From positions 1,728,001 through 1,792,000 of the forward strand of contig OZ245046.1 in NCBI GenBank assembly GCA_965224245.1: 64,000 nucleotides of DNA, given 5' to 3'. Origin of the DNA: Candidatus Eiseniibacteriota bacterium. GTDB lineage: Bacteria > Eisenbacteria > RBG-16-71-46 > CAZAMP01. The position numbers and the translations under genes are program-made. Positions 1 to 9,539 of the stretch are shown here, piece after piece. The notes beneath the pieces are model-generated. The model made no database searches and was not told the origin of the DNA. It worked only from the letters and a program-made list of their open reading frames with translations. Position 1 is the stretch's first letter. The number at the start of each line of letters is the position of its first letter.

Positions 1-1805
1 AAGCGCTCGCCGGGAACCGCGGCCTGCTGATCGGCGACCCGCTGCTCGATCTCGGCCTTCAGGATCGTGTAGTACGCCACCGCCTCGGGCGTGCCTCGCA
101 TCAGAACGATCGGCGCCATGTGGATGAGCAGATCGAAGAACGTCAGCGGCGCGGGCACGGTCCGGGCGAGCTCCAGGATCTCGCCCCACAGACGCGCCGC
201 CTGGGCCGAGTAGTCCACGATCCGGGACAGCGCGGTCGTGTCGAGGCGCGTGCCCACGATCTCCTCCAGCCGCGCGGTGACGTGCTTGATCTGCTGCACG
301 GACGCGTCGATCTCGAGCGAGCTCACCTCGCGAAGCGCGGCCGGCGGATGGAGTCCCAGCACCGGAACGGAGAAGCGCGTGCCGTAGTACTCGAACCAGC
401 GGGCGAGACTGCGGCCGTTGTTCGTGTTGTAGACCACCAGATCGGGATCCGGCGGTCCCGCGATGCCGTAGACCGAGACGAGCGGGCTGTCGCCCACCAG
501 CATCGCGCCGATGTCGCTCGTCATCGCCGAGCTGGCGAACTGGGAGAAGCCCTCCGCGAGCGCACGCGGGATGTACCGTCCCGCCTGCCGGCTGGCGCCG
601 ATCAGGGCGGCGTGGTTCTCGGGGAAGTACGGCGTGATCCCGAGCGCCCGCAGGATCTCGACCGGCCCCATCCCCGAGCACCAGGCCACCGGACGATCCG
701 GATCCTCGGCGGCGGCCTGGACGTCCCGGTAGTAGTCACGCAGGAGCTCCTTCAGCTGGTGCGCGGTCCGGAGCGGCACCCGCCCCTCCACCATCCCGCC
801 CTCGCGGCTCATCCGCGTGGGCTTCACCGTGACGCGCTCGGTGGTCGACTGGAGGGTGTTCGAGATCTCGCGGCGCCGAAGCTCCTTGAGCCGCTCGCGG
901 GATCGGATGAAGTGGACCAGCGCCCGGTTGTGCGGCGTGCTGAGACCGTGACGCTCGCCCTCCTCCACGATCGCGCCGTTGATGGCCTCCACCTCGGTGC
1001 GATTGCCCCGCGCGAGGTCCTGCCACATCGAGGGCCGGTTCTTTCCCAGCGCGGTCAGCGATCCGGTCACCGGCCGGAACGGATCCTCCTCGTCCACGAT
1101 CGGGATCCCCCTGGCCTTCATGACGGCGACGATCTCGTTCGTGAGGTCCCGCATGAAGTCCATGAGGTCGGGGTCGTCGAGGAGCTCGCGACACGTGAGC
1201 CCGGTGAGCGCGGACGTCGGGTTCACCACCGCGTTGTGGAGGAGCTTCTGCCAGATCGAGTTGTCGATGTTGTCGACGACCTCGGTGGCGAGGTCGGCTT
1301 TTCGGAACACCTCGGCGATCGTCTGCATCTGCGAGGTCGGGCGGCCCTGGTAGGGCGCGATCTGGATCGGCTTGATGCCGACGCGGTAGCGGAGGCGGTT
1401 CGGCCCGACGTGCTGCACGCTGTGGTAGGTGATCCCGCAGAGCACGCGCTCGGGGCCGACCGCGTCGGCGATCGTGCGCGTGTTCCCGATCCCGTTCTGG
1501 AGACTCAGGACGAGCGTGGACGGCGTCAAGACCGGACTCGTTTCCTCGATGGCGTCCCCGGTCTGGTAGCTCTTGACGGCCAGGAACACGAGGTCCGCGG
1601 GTCCGACGTCGCACGCGCTGTCGAGGACGTGGATGCGGACCTTTCGCTCGGTCCGCCCCGCCTCGGAGATGTACATGCCGTCGTCGTCGAGGAGTCGCGC
1701 GCGCGCGCGATTGCGCTCGATGAAGATCACGTCCTCGCCCGCCTCGGTGAGCTGGGCGCCGATCAGTCCGCCCAGCGCGCCGGCCCCGACGACCACGATT
1801 CTCAT
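1..1805 (-). CDS. panE: Fusion: 2-dehydropantoate (ketopantoate) reductase + 2-hydroxyacyl-CoA dehydratase/benzoyl-CoA reductase-type subunit domain; 3'-partial, runs off window
   Basis: Hand-translated; absent from the ORF track because no stop lies in the window. ATG 1805 gives MRIVVVGAGALGG (Rossmann), VKSY, LQNGIG, WQKLLHNAVVNP, SMWQDL..RTEVEAING (PanE motifs). The frame continues without a stop through ~900-750 into PVAWCSGMGPVEILRALG..YFPENHAALIGA..PDLVVYNTN..HMAPIVLMRG (HAD-family motifs). Confidence 0.85.
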   Translation of the reverse strand, partial: MRIVVVGAGALGGLIGAQLTEAGEDVIFIERNRARARLLDDDGMYISEAGRTERKVRIHVLDSACDVGPADLVFLAVKSYQTGDAIEETSPVLTPSTLVLSLQNGIGNTRTIADAVGPERVLCGITYHSVQHVGPNRLRYRVGIKPIQIAPYQGRPTSQMQTIAEVFRKADLATEVVDNIDNSIWQKLLHNAVVNPTSALTGLTCRELLDDPDLMDFMRDLTNEIVAVMKARGIPIVDEEDPFRPVTGSLTALGKNRPSMWQDLARGNRTEVEAINGAIVEEGERHGLSTPHNRALVHFIRSRERLKELRRREISNTLQSTTERVTVKPTRMSREGGMVEGRVPLRTAHQLKELLRDYYRDVQAAAEDPDRPVAWCSGMGPVEILRALGITPYFPENHAALIGASRQAGRYIPRALAEGFSQFASSAMTSDIGAMLVGDSPLVSVYGIAGPPDPDLVVYNTNNGRSLARWFEYYGTRFSVPVLGLHPPAALREVSSLEIDASVQQIKHVTARLEEIVGTRLDTTALSRIVDYSAQAARLWGEILELARTVPAPLTFFDLLIHMAPIVLMRGTPEAVAYYTILKAEIEQRVADQQAAVPGER

Positions 1806-1847
1806 TGACCGATCCTCCCCACCGAACCGGCGCCGGCAGGTCGAGTC

Positions 1848-2621
1848 CTACCGGTTCTTCCAGATCGGCTTGCGCTTCTCGGTGAAGGCCGCGAGTCCCT
1901 CCTGCACGTCCTCGGTGATCATCAGCTCTTCCAGAAAGCGGCGCTCCGCGCGTGTGAGCAGCTCGGCGAACGGTCGCGCCTCGGCCAGCCGGAGTGCTCG
2001 CATGTTCATGCGCATGACCAACGGGCTCGCCCGGCGGAAGTCGTCGAGCGTCGCCTCGAGCGCCCCGTCGAGCTCTCCCTGCGGCACCACCCGGGCGACC
2101 AGACCGAGCTCGCGCATGGCCGCGGCGTCGTAGATCCGTCCGGAGGCCGTGATCTCGGCCGCGCGCGCCGGTCCCACGAGCGCCGGAAGCCGGACGACCG
2201 CGACCGGCGCGAAGAACCCCAGCCGGATCTCCGGCTGACCGAACGTCGCGCGCTCGCTGGCCAGGAGCACGTCCGCCATCATGACCAGCTCGAAGCCGGC
2301 ACCCAGCGCCGCGCCGTCCACGGCCATGACGACGGGGACGTCCAGCGCGTCGAGTCGGCGGAACAGCTCCCCGAACGCCCCGATCATCGGGCGGACCTCC
2401 GACGGCGCGTGCTCACCGACGTCGGCCCCCGCGCTGAAGGCCTTGCCGTTCGCGGTGATGGCCACGGCCTTGAGCGAGTCGTCGTGCGCGACGCGGTCCA
2501 GCGCCGCCGTGAGCTCCCTCATCATCGCGGTGGTGAGGATGTTGAGGGGCGGCGCATCCAGCGTGACGTAGGCCACCCCGTCGCGCGTCGTGACCCGAAC
2601 GGTTGCGGTCTCGGTGCTCAT
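1848..2621 (-). CDS. dch: Enoyl-CoA hydratase, cyclohexa-1,5-diene-1-carbonyl-CoA hydratase (Dch)-like
   Basis: Crotonase motifs PPLNIL, FSAGADV, GAGFEL, GQPEIRLG; C-terminus EGLAAFTEKRKPIWKNR. ATG 2621 overlaps the upstream stop (ATGA). Context is a benzoyl-CoA cluster. Confidence 0.75.
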   Translation of the reverse strand: MSTETATVRVTTRDGVAYVTLDAPPLNILTTAMMRELTAALDRVAHDDSLKAVAITANGKAFSAGADVGEHAPSEVRPMIGAFGELFRRLDALDVPVVMAVDGAALGAGFELVMMADVLLASERATFGQPEIRLGFFAPVAVVRLPALVGPARAAEITASGRIYDAAAMRELGLVARVVPQGELDGALEATLDDFRRASPLVMRMNMRALRLAEARPFAELLTRAERRFLEELMITEDVQEGLAAFTEKRKPIWKNR

Positions 2622-3088
2622 GTCTTCACCTTCGGCGGCTCGGTGTCCGGCGTCCGGACCCACGTCGTGCCCGGTCGCTCCAGGCTGTAGTAGACGTGGA
2701 TCTCCTCCATCTCCTCGTACATGCGGGGAACGGCCTGGAGCGGCATCCCGATCTCCAGCGCGTCGGGCGGCGCGCTCTCCCCGAGCGGGGCGAGGAGCCG
2801 TCCTCCGTCCTCGAGGTCGAGCACCCCGACCCAGTAGACCCCGAGGTCCTCGAAGCCCGCGGGGGCGGCGTCGATCCTCGTGTACGTGACCAGCGTTCCC
2901 CGGCCCGAGACCTCGACGTACTCGAACTCGCTCCCGAGACAGCTCGCGCAGTCGGCGCGCGGCGGGAACGTCCGGGCGCCGCACTCGGCACAGCGTGACC
3001 CCATGATCCGGCCGTTCCGCAGGTGTCGCGCGAAGTCGGCGATCTTCGTGTGAGGACAGAAGCTGACCCTTCCGAACCACTCGAACAT
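2618..3088 (-). CDS. Zn-ribbon/OB-fold (DUF35, ChsH2-like) thiolase partner protein
   Basis: CAECG..FPPRADCASC zinc ribbon followed by GTLVTYT OB-fold; directly downstream of the thiolase. Confidence 0.9.
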   Translation of the reverse strand: MFEWFGRVSFCPHTKIADFARHLRNGRIMGSRCAECGARTFPPRADCASCLGSEFEYVEVSGRGTLVTYTRIDAAPAGFEDLGVYWVGVLDLEDGGRLLAPLGESAPPDALEIGMPLQAVPRMYEEMEEIHVYYSLERPGTTWVRTPDTEPPKVKT

Positions 3089-3091
3089 GGG

Positions 3092-4246
3092 TCACTCCCT
3101 CCGGAACACGTGGACGAAGCAGTACTGACCGATGCCCCCCACGTTGTGCGTGAGTCCGACGTCGGCGTCGGCCACCTGCCGCTCGCCGCACTCGCCCCTG
3201 AGCTGGTGGACGATCTCGGCGGCCATGGACACGCCGGTGGCCCCGATCGGATGTCCCTTCGCCTTCAGTCCGCCGTCCACGTTGACCGGCGTCTTGCCCC
3301 CGACGTACGAGAGCTTCTCCTGGACGAACGCTCCTCCCTGCCCCTTCTCGCAGAAGCCGAGGTCCTCGTAGGCCATGATCTCGGCGATGGTGAAGCAGTC
3401 GTGCACGTCGGCGACCTTCACCCCGTCGGCCTCGATGCCGGCCATCGCGTACGCCTGGCGCGCGGCCTCCCGCGCGGCCGGGAGCCCGGTGAGATCCGGT
3501 CGGCGCAGGACGGACATGCTGGCGCTCGCGCACCCGAGGCCGTCCAGCCACACGACATCGTCGCGCATCGCACGCGCCCGCTCCTCGGAGGCCAGGACGA
3601 GACAGGCGGCGCCGTCGGCGTTCGCGCAGCAGTCGTACACCCGGAGCGGAGAGGCCACGGGGTCCGAGAGGCGCGCCTTCTCGCGCGTGATCTCCTTCTG
3701 GAACATCGCGCACGGATTGCGCGCGCCGTAGTAGTGGTTCTTGATCGCGACGTCTTCCAGCTGCTCGACGCTGGTGCCGTACTCGTGCATGTGGCGATGC
3801 GCGAACATCGCGTAGTAGCCGGGGAAGGTCGTGCCGAACACCGACTCCCACTGTACGTCGCCGACCCGGCCCATGAGGGCGAGCACCTCGGCGGTGCCGA
3901 GCTCGGTCATCTTCTGGCAGCCGACCACGAGGATCACGTCGTGCAGGCCGGAGCCGATGGCCATCCACGCGGTCCGCAGCGCCGCGGAGCCCGACGCGCA
4001 GGCCACCTCGGTGAGCCAGGTCGGCTTCGGGTTGAGGTTCAGGTACTCCTGGATCACGCCCGCCAGCGAGCGCTGCTTGTGGTACTCGGGGACCGAGCCG
4101 ATCACCGAGGCGTCGATGTCCTCGGCCGCGAGCCCGGCGTCCCGGAGGGCCTCTCGGTACGCCTCGAAGGCCAGCTCCTGGACGTTCGCGTCGCTGCGAC
4201 GCCCGAAGGGCGTGTGCCCGACGCCCACCACGCCGACCCGCCTCAT
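3092..4246 (-). CDS. Thiolase (SCP-x/archaeal-type acetyl-CoA acyltransferase)
   Basis: MRRVGVVGVGHTPFG, EVACASG (catalytic Cys), VHDCFTIAE, NVDGGLKAKGHPIGATG, THNVGG. GGAG RBS before ATG 4246. Confidence 0.92.
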   Translation of the reverse strand: MRRVGVVGVGHTPFGRRSDANVQELAFEAYREALRDAGLAAEDIDASVIGSVPEYHKQRSLAGVIQEYLNLNPKPTWLTEVACASGSAALRTAWMAIGSGLHDVILVVGCQKMTELGTAEVLALMGRVGDVQWESVFGTTFPGYYAMFAHRHMHEYGTSVEQLEDVAIKNHYYGARNPCAMFQKEITREKARLSDPVASPLRVYDCCANADGAACLVLASEERARAMRDDVVWLDGLGCASASMSVLRRPDLTGLPAAREAARQAYAMAGIEADGVKVADVHDCFTIAEIMAYEDLGFCEKGQGGAFVQEKLSYVGGKTPVNVDGGLKAKGHPIGATGVSMAAEIVHQLRGECGERQVADADVGLTHNVGGIGQYCFVHVFRRE

Positions 4247-4277
4247 CGGTCCGGTCTCCTCGATCGCGTCGCGTCCC

Positions 4278-5027
4278 TCACATGTACTGCCCTCCATCGA
4301 CCCGGATCACCGACCCGGTGACGTGCCGCGCGCGCTCGGTGCAGAGAAAGACGACCACGTTGGCCACGTCCTCGGGCTCGGCGAGCCGCCCGAGGACCGT
4401 CTCCTTCATCGACGCGTTCCGGAACTCCGCGGGGATCGCCCGGGCCATCTCGGTCATCACGAGGCCCGGCGCCACGGCGTTGACGTTCACGTTGAACTTC
4501 CCCAGCTCGCGCGCCAGGGCCTTGGTGAGCGCGATGTTCCCGGCCTTCGAGGCGGCGTAGTTGCTCTGGGCGTGCTTGCCGCGAAGCCCGTTGATCGAGG
4601 ACACGTTGACGATCTTCCCGTGTCGCTGGTCCTTGAAGATCCCGGCCGCCGCGCGGTTGTAGTTGAAGTAGCCCTTGAGATTGACGTCGAGAACGCGGTC
4701 CCACTGCGCCTCGGACATCTTCCACACGACCGCGTCGGCGGTGATCCCCGCGTTGCAGACCAGGATGTCGAGGCGTCCCAGCTCCTCTCGCGCCCGCTCG
4801 ACGATGGTCTCGGCGTCGGAGAAGTCGGCCACGTCGGCGGCGTACACCACGCATCGTACGTCCTCGCGCTCGATCGTCTCCCGGAGCCGCTCGGTCTCCT
4901 CCGTGGGCTTCCGGCACACGATCGCCACGTGACACCCCAGTCGTGCCAGCCCGAGGGAGATCGCGGCCCCGATCCCCCGGTTGCCGCCGGTGACGACGGC
5001 GACTTGCCGGTCGAGCTCTCGCTTCAC
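4278..5027 (-). CDS. Short-chain dehydrogenase/reductase, FabG-like (3-hydroxyacyl-CoA dehydrogenase candidate)
   Basis: TGGNRGIG, CNAGIT.D, NYAASKAG, NAVAPG, VDGG. Confidence 0.9.
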   Translation of the reverse strand: MKRELDRQVAVVTGGNRGIGAAISLGLARLGCHVAIVCRKPTEETERLRETIEREDVRCVVYAADVADFSDAETIVERAREELGRLDILVCNAGITADAVVWKMSEAQWDRVLDVNLKGYFNYNRAAAGIFKDQRHGKIVNVSSINGLRGKHAQSNYAASKAGNIALTKALARELGKFNVNVNAVAPGLVMTEMARAIPAEFRNASMKETVLGRLAEPEDVANVVVFLCTERARHVTGSVIRVDGGQYM

Positions 5028-5031
5028 GCTC

Positions 5032-5994
5032 TCAGCTTCCCTTCAGCTCGGCTCCGCAGCGCCCGCAGTGCTGGAACTGCTCGGGGATCCCCTTCGCGCC
5101 GCAGGCGGGGCAGACGTGGCTCGGCGGACCCCACACGAACTCGCTGCTCCCACCGCTGGCCGCCAGGTCCCGGAGATGGCGGTAGCCGGCCTTTCGCTTC
5201 TCGACGAAGGCCGTCATCCCCTCGTAGGGCTCGGCCGACGTGAAGTGCAGGCTCAGCCAGTCGCGCGCGTGACCGATCGTCGCGTGCCACGCGGTCTCCT
5301 TCCAGTAGTTGAGCTGCTGCTTGGTGTACCGCGTGCACTCGGGGAACTTGTCGATGCAGTGCTGTGCGATCTCTTCGACGGTGTCGTCGAGCTTCTCCCG
5401 GGGCACGACGCGGTTCACGAGACCCCACTCGAGCGCCTGCTTCGCCGGGATTCGCGGGTTCAGAAACAGGATCTCCCGGGCTCGCCGGTCGCCCACGTGA
5501 ATCGAGAGCCACTGCGTCGCGCCGCCGCAGGCCACGCTGCCCACGCTGGTTCCGACCTGCGCGATGTACGTGTCGTCGGCCATCACGGCCAGGTCGCAGG
5601 CCAGCTGCGACTCGTTGCCCCCGCCCACGGCCATGCCGTTCAGCCGGGCGATCGTGACCTTTCCGCTCTTCAGGATGCTCTCGATGTAGCTGGAGAACAG
5701 ACCCATGTACTTCCAGTAGTGACGCGGTCGCTGCGTGTAGATCCCGGCGTACTCCTTGACGTCTCCTCCCGTGCAGAACGCCTTCTCCCCGGCGCCGGTG
5801 TAGACGATGACGCCCACCGCGTCGTCCTCCGACGCGTCCGTGAACGCGGCGATGAGCTCGCGGAGGGTGTCGGTGGTATAGGCGTTGTAGGCCTCCGGAC
5901 GGTTGATGGTGATGCGCGCCACCATGTCCTTCTTCTCGTAGAGGATGTCCTTGAAGGCCATCTCCGCCGCCGGTACCGAGGGGAAGTAGTCCAT
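5032..5994 (-). CDS. oah: 6-oxocyclohex-1-ene-1-carbonyl-CoA hydrolase (Oah/BamA)-like crotonase with C-terminal zinc ribbon
   Basis: YNAYTT, AFCTGGDVKEYA..Y, NGMAVGGGNE..LACD, FPECTRYTKQQLNYWK..W, ARDWL; C-terminal CPACG..CGRCG. AAGGAG RBS. Confidence 0.75.
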   Translation of the reverse strand: MDYFPSVPAAEMAFKDILYEKKDMVARITINRPEAYNAYTTDTLRELIAAFTDASEDDAVGVIVYTGAGEKAFCTGGDVKEYAGIYTQRPRHYWKYMGLFSSYIESILKSGKVTIARLNGMAVGGGNESQLACDLAVMADDTYIAQVGTSVGSVACGGATQWLSIHVGDRRAREILFLNPRIPAKQALEWGLVNRVVPREKLDDTVEEIAQHCIDKFPECTRYTKQQLNYWKETAWHATIGHARDWLSLHFTSAEPYEGMTAFVEKRKAGYRHLRDLAASGGSSEFVWGPPSHVCPACGAKGIPEQFQHCGRCGAELKGS

Positions 5995-6641
5995 CACGTC
6001 ATCTCCTTGCGCCCGGCCGGACCGGCCGCTCCGTGGGCTGTGCCGCCCGTGAGACCCGGCAGCACCAGATCGATCATCTCGTGGCCGAGCTCCGCGACCG
6101 GTCCGTCGCGCTCGGGCTCGAACCACGTGAAAATCCAGTTCAACATGCCGAACATGAACAGCGTGTAGTGGCGAACGAGCCGCTCGCGGTGCGGCTCGGT
6201 CATCCCGGCGGGCAGCAGGTCGCGGACGACTCCGGCCAGGATCTTGAAGTACTCGGCCCGGAGTCGCCGGACGCTCTCGTAGAACTCGCCCTCGAGGGAC
6301 TCCAGCTCGAAGGCGCAGACCTTCATCTCGTTGGTCTTCTCGGTGTAGAAGTGGAGGTGGTTCTCCACGAGCCGCTGGAGCTTCTCTCGCGGAGCGGCGT
6401 CCTCGTCGGAGATGGCCTGCTGTCGCTCCAGGAGGACCGAGAACGTGCGGTGCTGGATCTGGAAGAGCAGGTCGTCCTTGCTCTTGAAGTAGTAGTACAT
6501 GCCCGAGAGGCTGAAGCGGGTGACGCGGGCCACGTCGCGGATCGTGGTCTGGTCGTAGCCCTGCCGGGCCATGAGCTCCGAGGCGGCGTCGAGCAGACGC
6601 TCGCGCTTCGTCGGTGAGCCCACGCCGGGCTCAGTCGTCAC
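5994..6641 (-). CDS. TetR-family transcriptional regulator (KstR2/PaaR-like C-terminus)
   Basis: HTH: LLDAASELMARQGYDQTTIRDVA..SGMYYYFKSKDDLL; C-terminus FGMLNWIFTWF.P.G. Start uncertain (GTG 6641 or TTG 6662). Confidence 0.9.
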   Translation of the reverse strand: MTTEPGVGSPTKRERLLDAASELMARQGYDQTTIRDVARVTRFSLSGMYYYFKSKDDLLFQIQHRTFSVLLERQQAISDEDAAPREKLQRLVENHLHFYTEKTNEMKVCAFELESLEGEFYESVRRLRAEYFKILAGVVRDLLPAGMTEPHRERLVRHYTLFMFGMLNWIFTWFEPERDGPVAELGHEMIDLVLPGLTGGTAHGAAGPAGRKEMT

Positions 6642-9516
6642 CTGGGATCGCTCCGGGTCCAACCATGGCCTCCTGGGTCGACTTCGCGTCCGCCGTGCGG
6701 ACGGGCGCGTTCTCTCGGAGCCCCGCGAGGATCTTCTCGGGGGTGATGGGCAGCTCCGTCACCCGGACCCCGCAGGCGTCGTAGATCGCGTTCGCGATGG
6801 CGCCGATAACGGGCAACAGCGAGCCCTCGCCGATCTCCTTGGCTCCGAACGGCCCGCGGGGCTCGAAGCTCTCCACCGCCACCGACCGGATCGCGGGCGT
6901 CTCGTGGATGCTGGGGATCAGGTAGTCGTGGAGCGTGGGATTGGCGATCGTGCCGTCGGGGCGGACGACGACGTCCTCGAGGAGCGTCTCGCCGAGCCCC
7001 ATGATGACCGCACCCTCCACCTGTCCGTGAAACGTGACGGGATTGATGACGGTGCCCGCGTCGCTGTAGTCGACGACGCGCTCCACGGTCACGTAGCCGG
7101 TCTCGAGGTCCACGTCGACCTCGCACACCGCGGTGGAGAAGCTGTAGGCGGGAGACGTCCCGACGGTCCCGCCCTTGAACGAGCCGCCGAGCCTCGACGG
7201 GGGCCGGTAGCACCCGGTTCCCACCACCGGTCCCGACCGCGCGAAGAGCGCGCGCGCCGTCTCGTCCCACCCGAGCCCCACGTCGGGATGCGTCTCGACG
7301 AAGATCCGTCCCTCGCGCGCCACCAGCGCGCCGGAGTCGCAGCCGAGAACCGAGGCCGCCACCCCGAAGAGCTTGCCGCGAACCTCGGCGGCGGCCGCCT
7401 TCACCGCGTTGCCGGCCATCAGCGTGACCCGGCTCGAGTAGGAGCCGAGGTCGAAGGGCGCGAGCACCGAGTCGCACTCCACGAGCCAGACGCGGTCGTA
7501 CGGAATGCCCAGCTCCTCGGCGGCGATCTGGACCAGGACCGTGTCCGAGCCCTGTCCGATCTCGGCCGCGGCGATGTGGACGGAGACCGCGTTGCCGTCC
7601 TCGTGCACGCGGATCACCGCGTTCGAGTGCGGGAAGTCGGAGCGATGAATCGGATAGCCGGCGCCCGAGACGAAGCCGCCGCAGCTCGCGCCGATCCCTT
7701 TGCCCCGGGGCAGGCGGCCGCGCTTCTCGCGCCAGCCCGACGCCTCGCGCGCCCCTTCGATGGTGGCGCGGAGCTCGCACGACGAGATGTCGAGGTCGTT
7801 GCAGGTCAGGGTGCCGGGATCCATCGCGTTCCGGAGGCGGATCTCCAGGGGATCCAGCCCGAGGTCCTCGGCGATGGCATCCATCAGCGTCTCGAACGCG
7901 AAGCGGGGGTGCGGCACGCCGTGTCCGCGCATGGCGCCCGACGCCGGCAGGTTCGTGTAGACGCGGAGCCCCTGGTAGCGGAAGTGCGACATCTTGTACA
8001 GCGTGGGCAGCATCGAGCCCGCGTAGTACGCGGTGATCACGCCGAACGACGTGTAGGCGCCGCCGTCGAGCACGGTGTGGAGGTCCACGGCCGTGATTCG
8101 TCCGTCGCGGCGCACGCCGATCCGGAGATCCATGTACTGCTTGTGACGCCCGCGGAAGTGCCGGACCATCTCCTCTCGCGTGTAGCGCATCATCACCGGG
8201 CGTCCCGTGCGCCGTGACAGGATCACGGCGCAGAAGTCCAGCGGCGTCGTCTCGGCCTTGACCCCGAAGCCTCCCCCCACCGCGGGACGGATCACGCGGA
8301 TGTTGCCGGTGGGAATGCCGAGCGTCATGGCCAGCGTCTTCTGCACGTAGTAGGGCGCCTGCGCGGACGACCAGAGCGTCACCTTCTCGCCGTGATGCTC
8401 CCAGCGCGCCAGCGACGCGTGGGGCTCGATCGGCGACTGGTAGGTCCGGTTCCCCACGAAGCGCTGCTCGCGCACGTGGTCGGCCTCGGCGAAGCCGGCC
8501 TCCACGTCGCCGAAGTGCCAGTCCACCCGGGTGTTCACGTTGCCCGCGTAGCGCGGGTCCTCGGGATGGATGGGCGTGGCGTCGGGGGCCAACGCCGCCT
8601 TGGGGTCGAACGCGGCGGGGAGCTCCTCGTACTCCACCTCGATCAGCTCGAGCGCGCGCTCGGCCGTCTCCTCGTCCACGGCGGCCACCGCGGCGACCTC
8701 GTCACCGACGTAGCGGACGCGCTCGGTGGCCAGCACGTGCTCGTCGAAGCGCGCCGGGCTCACGCCGTACCGCACGTCCGGCACGTCGGCGCCGGTGATC
8801 ACGTCGAGCACGCCCGGGAGCGCGCGAGCGCGCGAGACGTCGATGCGCCGGATGATTCCGTGTGCGATCGGGCTGGTCAGGATCTTCCCGTGGATCATGC
8901 CCGGCAGCCGGAGGTCCGCCGTGTACGTCGCGCGTCCCGAGACCTTGTCGGGGGCGTCGTAGCGCGTGACGCCGTGGGTGACCACGCGCTGGTCACGCAC
9001 CTGATCTCGCTCGGCATCCGAGGCGGGCGCCGTCGTGAACGGCTCGTCGGCGAACCGCCGCCAGTCGCGGATGGCGGCCACGATCCGGGGATAGGTGCCG
9101 CAGCGGCACAGGTTCGCGCTCAGCGCCTCGCGAATCTCCGCCTCGGTCGGGTCGGGTTTGCGATCGATCAGCGCCTTGGCCGACAGGAGCATGCCGGACG
9201 TGCAGTAGCCGCACTGGAGGGCGCCGTGCTTGATGAAGGACTTCTGCAGCGGATGAAGCTCGCCGCCGGCGCCGAGGCCCTCCACGGTGGTCACGTCGGC
9301 GCCGTCCACGGTCACGGTCAGCGTGAGGCAGGCCATCACCACCCGACCGTCCACGATGACCGTGCACGCGCCACAGTCGCCGAGGCCACATCCCTCCTTC
9401 GTGCCGGTCAGATCGAGCGTCTCGCGGAGGGTGGAGAGGAGGGTGTCGGAGGGCTTCACCGCGATCGCATGTCGTCGACCATTGACGCGAAGCGTGATGA
9501 GCGTCTCCTCCGCCAT
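6631..9516 (-). CDS. Xanthine-oxidase-family molybdoenzyme, fused [2Fe-2S] + Mo subunits; 4-hydroxybenzoyl-CoA reductase gamma-alpha-like
   Basis: N-terminus GTKEGCGLGDCGACT, QCGYC, NLCRCGTY; Mo domain VGGGFG, GAMRGHG, DLGSYSSRVTLMAGNA, GQVEG, GAKEIGEG. GGAG RBS before ATG 9516. Confidence 0.85.
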   Translation of the reverse strand: MAEETLITLRVNGRRHAIAVKPSDTLLSTLRETLDLTGTKEGCGLGDCGACTVIVDGRVVMACLTLTVTVDGADVTTVEGLGAGGELHPLQKSFIKHGALQCGYCTSGMLLSAKALIDRKPDPTEAEIREALSANLCRCGTYPRIVAAIRDWRRFADEPFTTAPASDAERDQVRDQRVVTHGVTRYDAPDKVSGRATYTADLRLPGMIHGKILTSPIAHGIIRRIDVSRARALPGVLDVITGADVPDVRYGVSPARFDEHVLATERVRYVGDEVAAVAAVDEETAERALELIEVEYEELPAAFDPKAALAPDATPIHPEDPRYAGNVNTRVDWHFGDVEAGFAEADHVREQRFVGNRTYQSPIEPHASLARWEHHGEKVTLWSSAQAPYYVQKTLAMTLGIPTGNIRVIRPAVGGGFGVKAETTPLDFCAVILSRRTGRPVMMRYTREEMVRHFRGRHKQYMDLRIGVRRDGRITAVDLHTVLDGGAYTSFGVITAYYAGSMLPTLYKMSHFRYQGLRVYTNLPASGAMRGHGVPHPRFAFETLMDAIAEDLGLDPLEIRLRNAMDPGTLTCNDLDISSCELRATIEGAREASGWREKRGRLPRGKGIGASCGGFVSGAGYPIHRSDFPHSNAVIRVHEDGNAVSVHIAAAEIGQGSDTVLVQIAAEELGIPYDRVWLVECDSVLAPFDLGSYSSRVTLMAGNAVKAAAAEVRGKLFGVAASVLGCDSGALVAREGRIFVETHPDVGLGWDETARALFARSGPVVGTGCYRPPSRLGGSFKGGTVGTSPAYSFSTAVCEVDVDLETGYVTVERVVDYSDAGTVINPVTFHGQVEGAVIMGLGETLLEDVVVRPDGTIANPTLHDYLIPSIHETPAIRSVAVESFEPRGPFGAKEIGEGSLLPVIGAIANAIYDACGVRVTELPITPEKILAGLRENAPVRTADAKSTQEAMVGPGAIPGDD

Positions 9517-9539
9517 ACGGCTCTCCTCCACTCCCGGGG

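Noticed and set aside
120-1808. 562-aa plus-strand ORF and many other long overlapping ORFs (e.g. 6571-8217, 14263-16209, 21239-23548, 60998-63802, 61405-63756)
   Set aside because: Antisense or off-frame shadows of real genes in high-GC DNA; Arg/Pro/Gly-rich with no recognisable motifs.
1848-3968. 706-aa ORF and other N-terminally extended calls (6631-9726, 32264-34267, 50122-51372, 52062-54836, 58905-60302)
   Set aside because: The extensions overlap upstream genes or lack homology-like sequence; internal starts with an RBS or stop/start overlap fit better.
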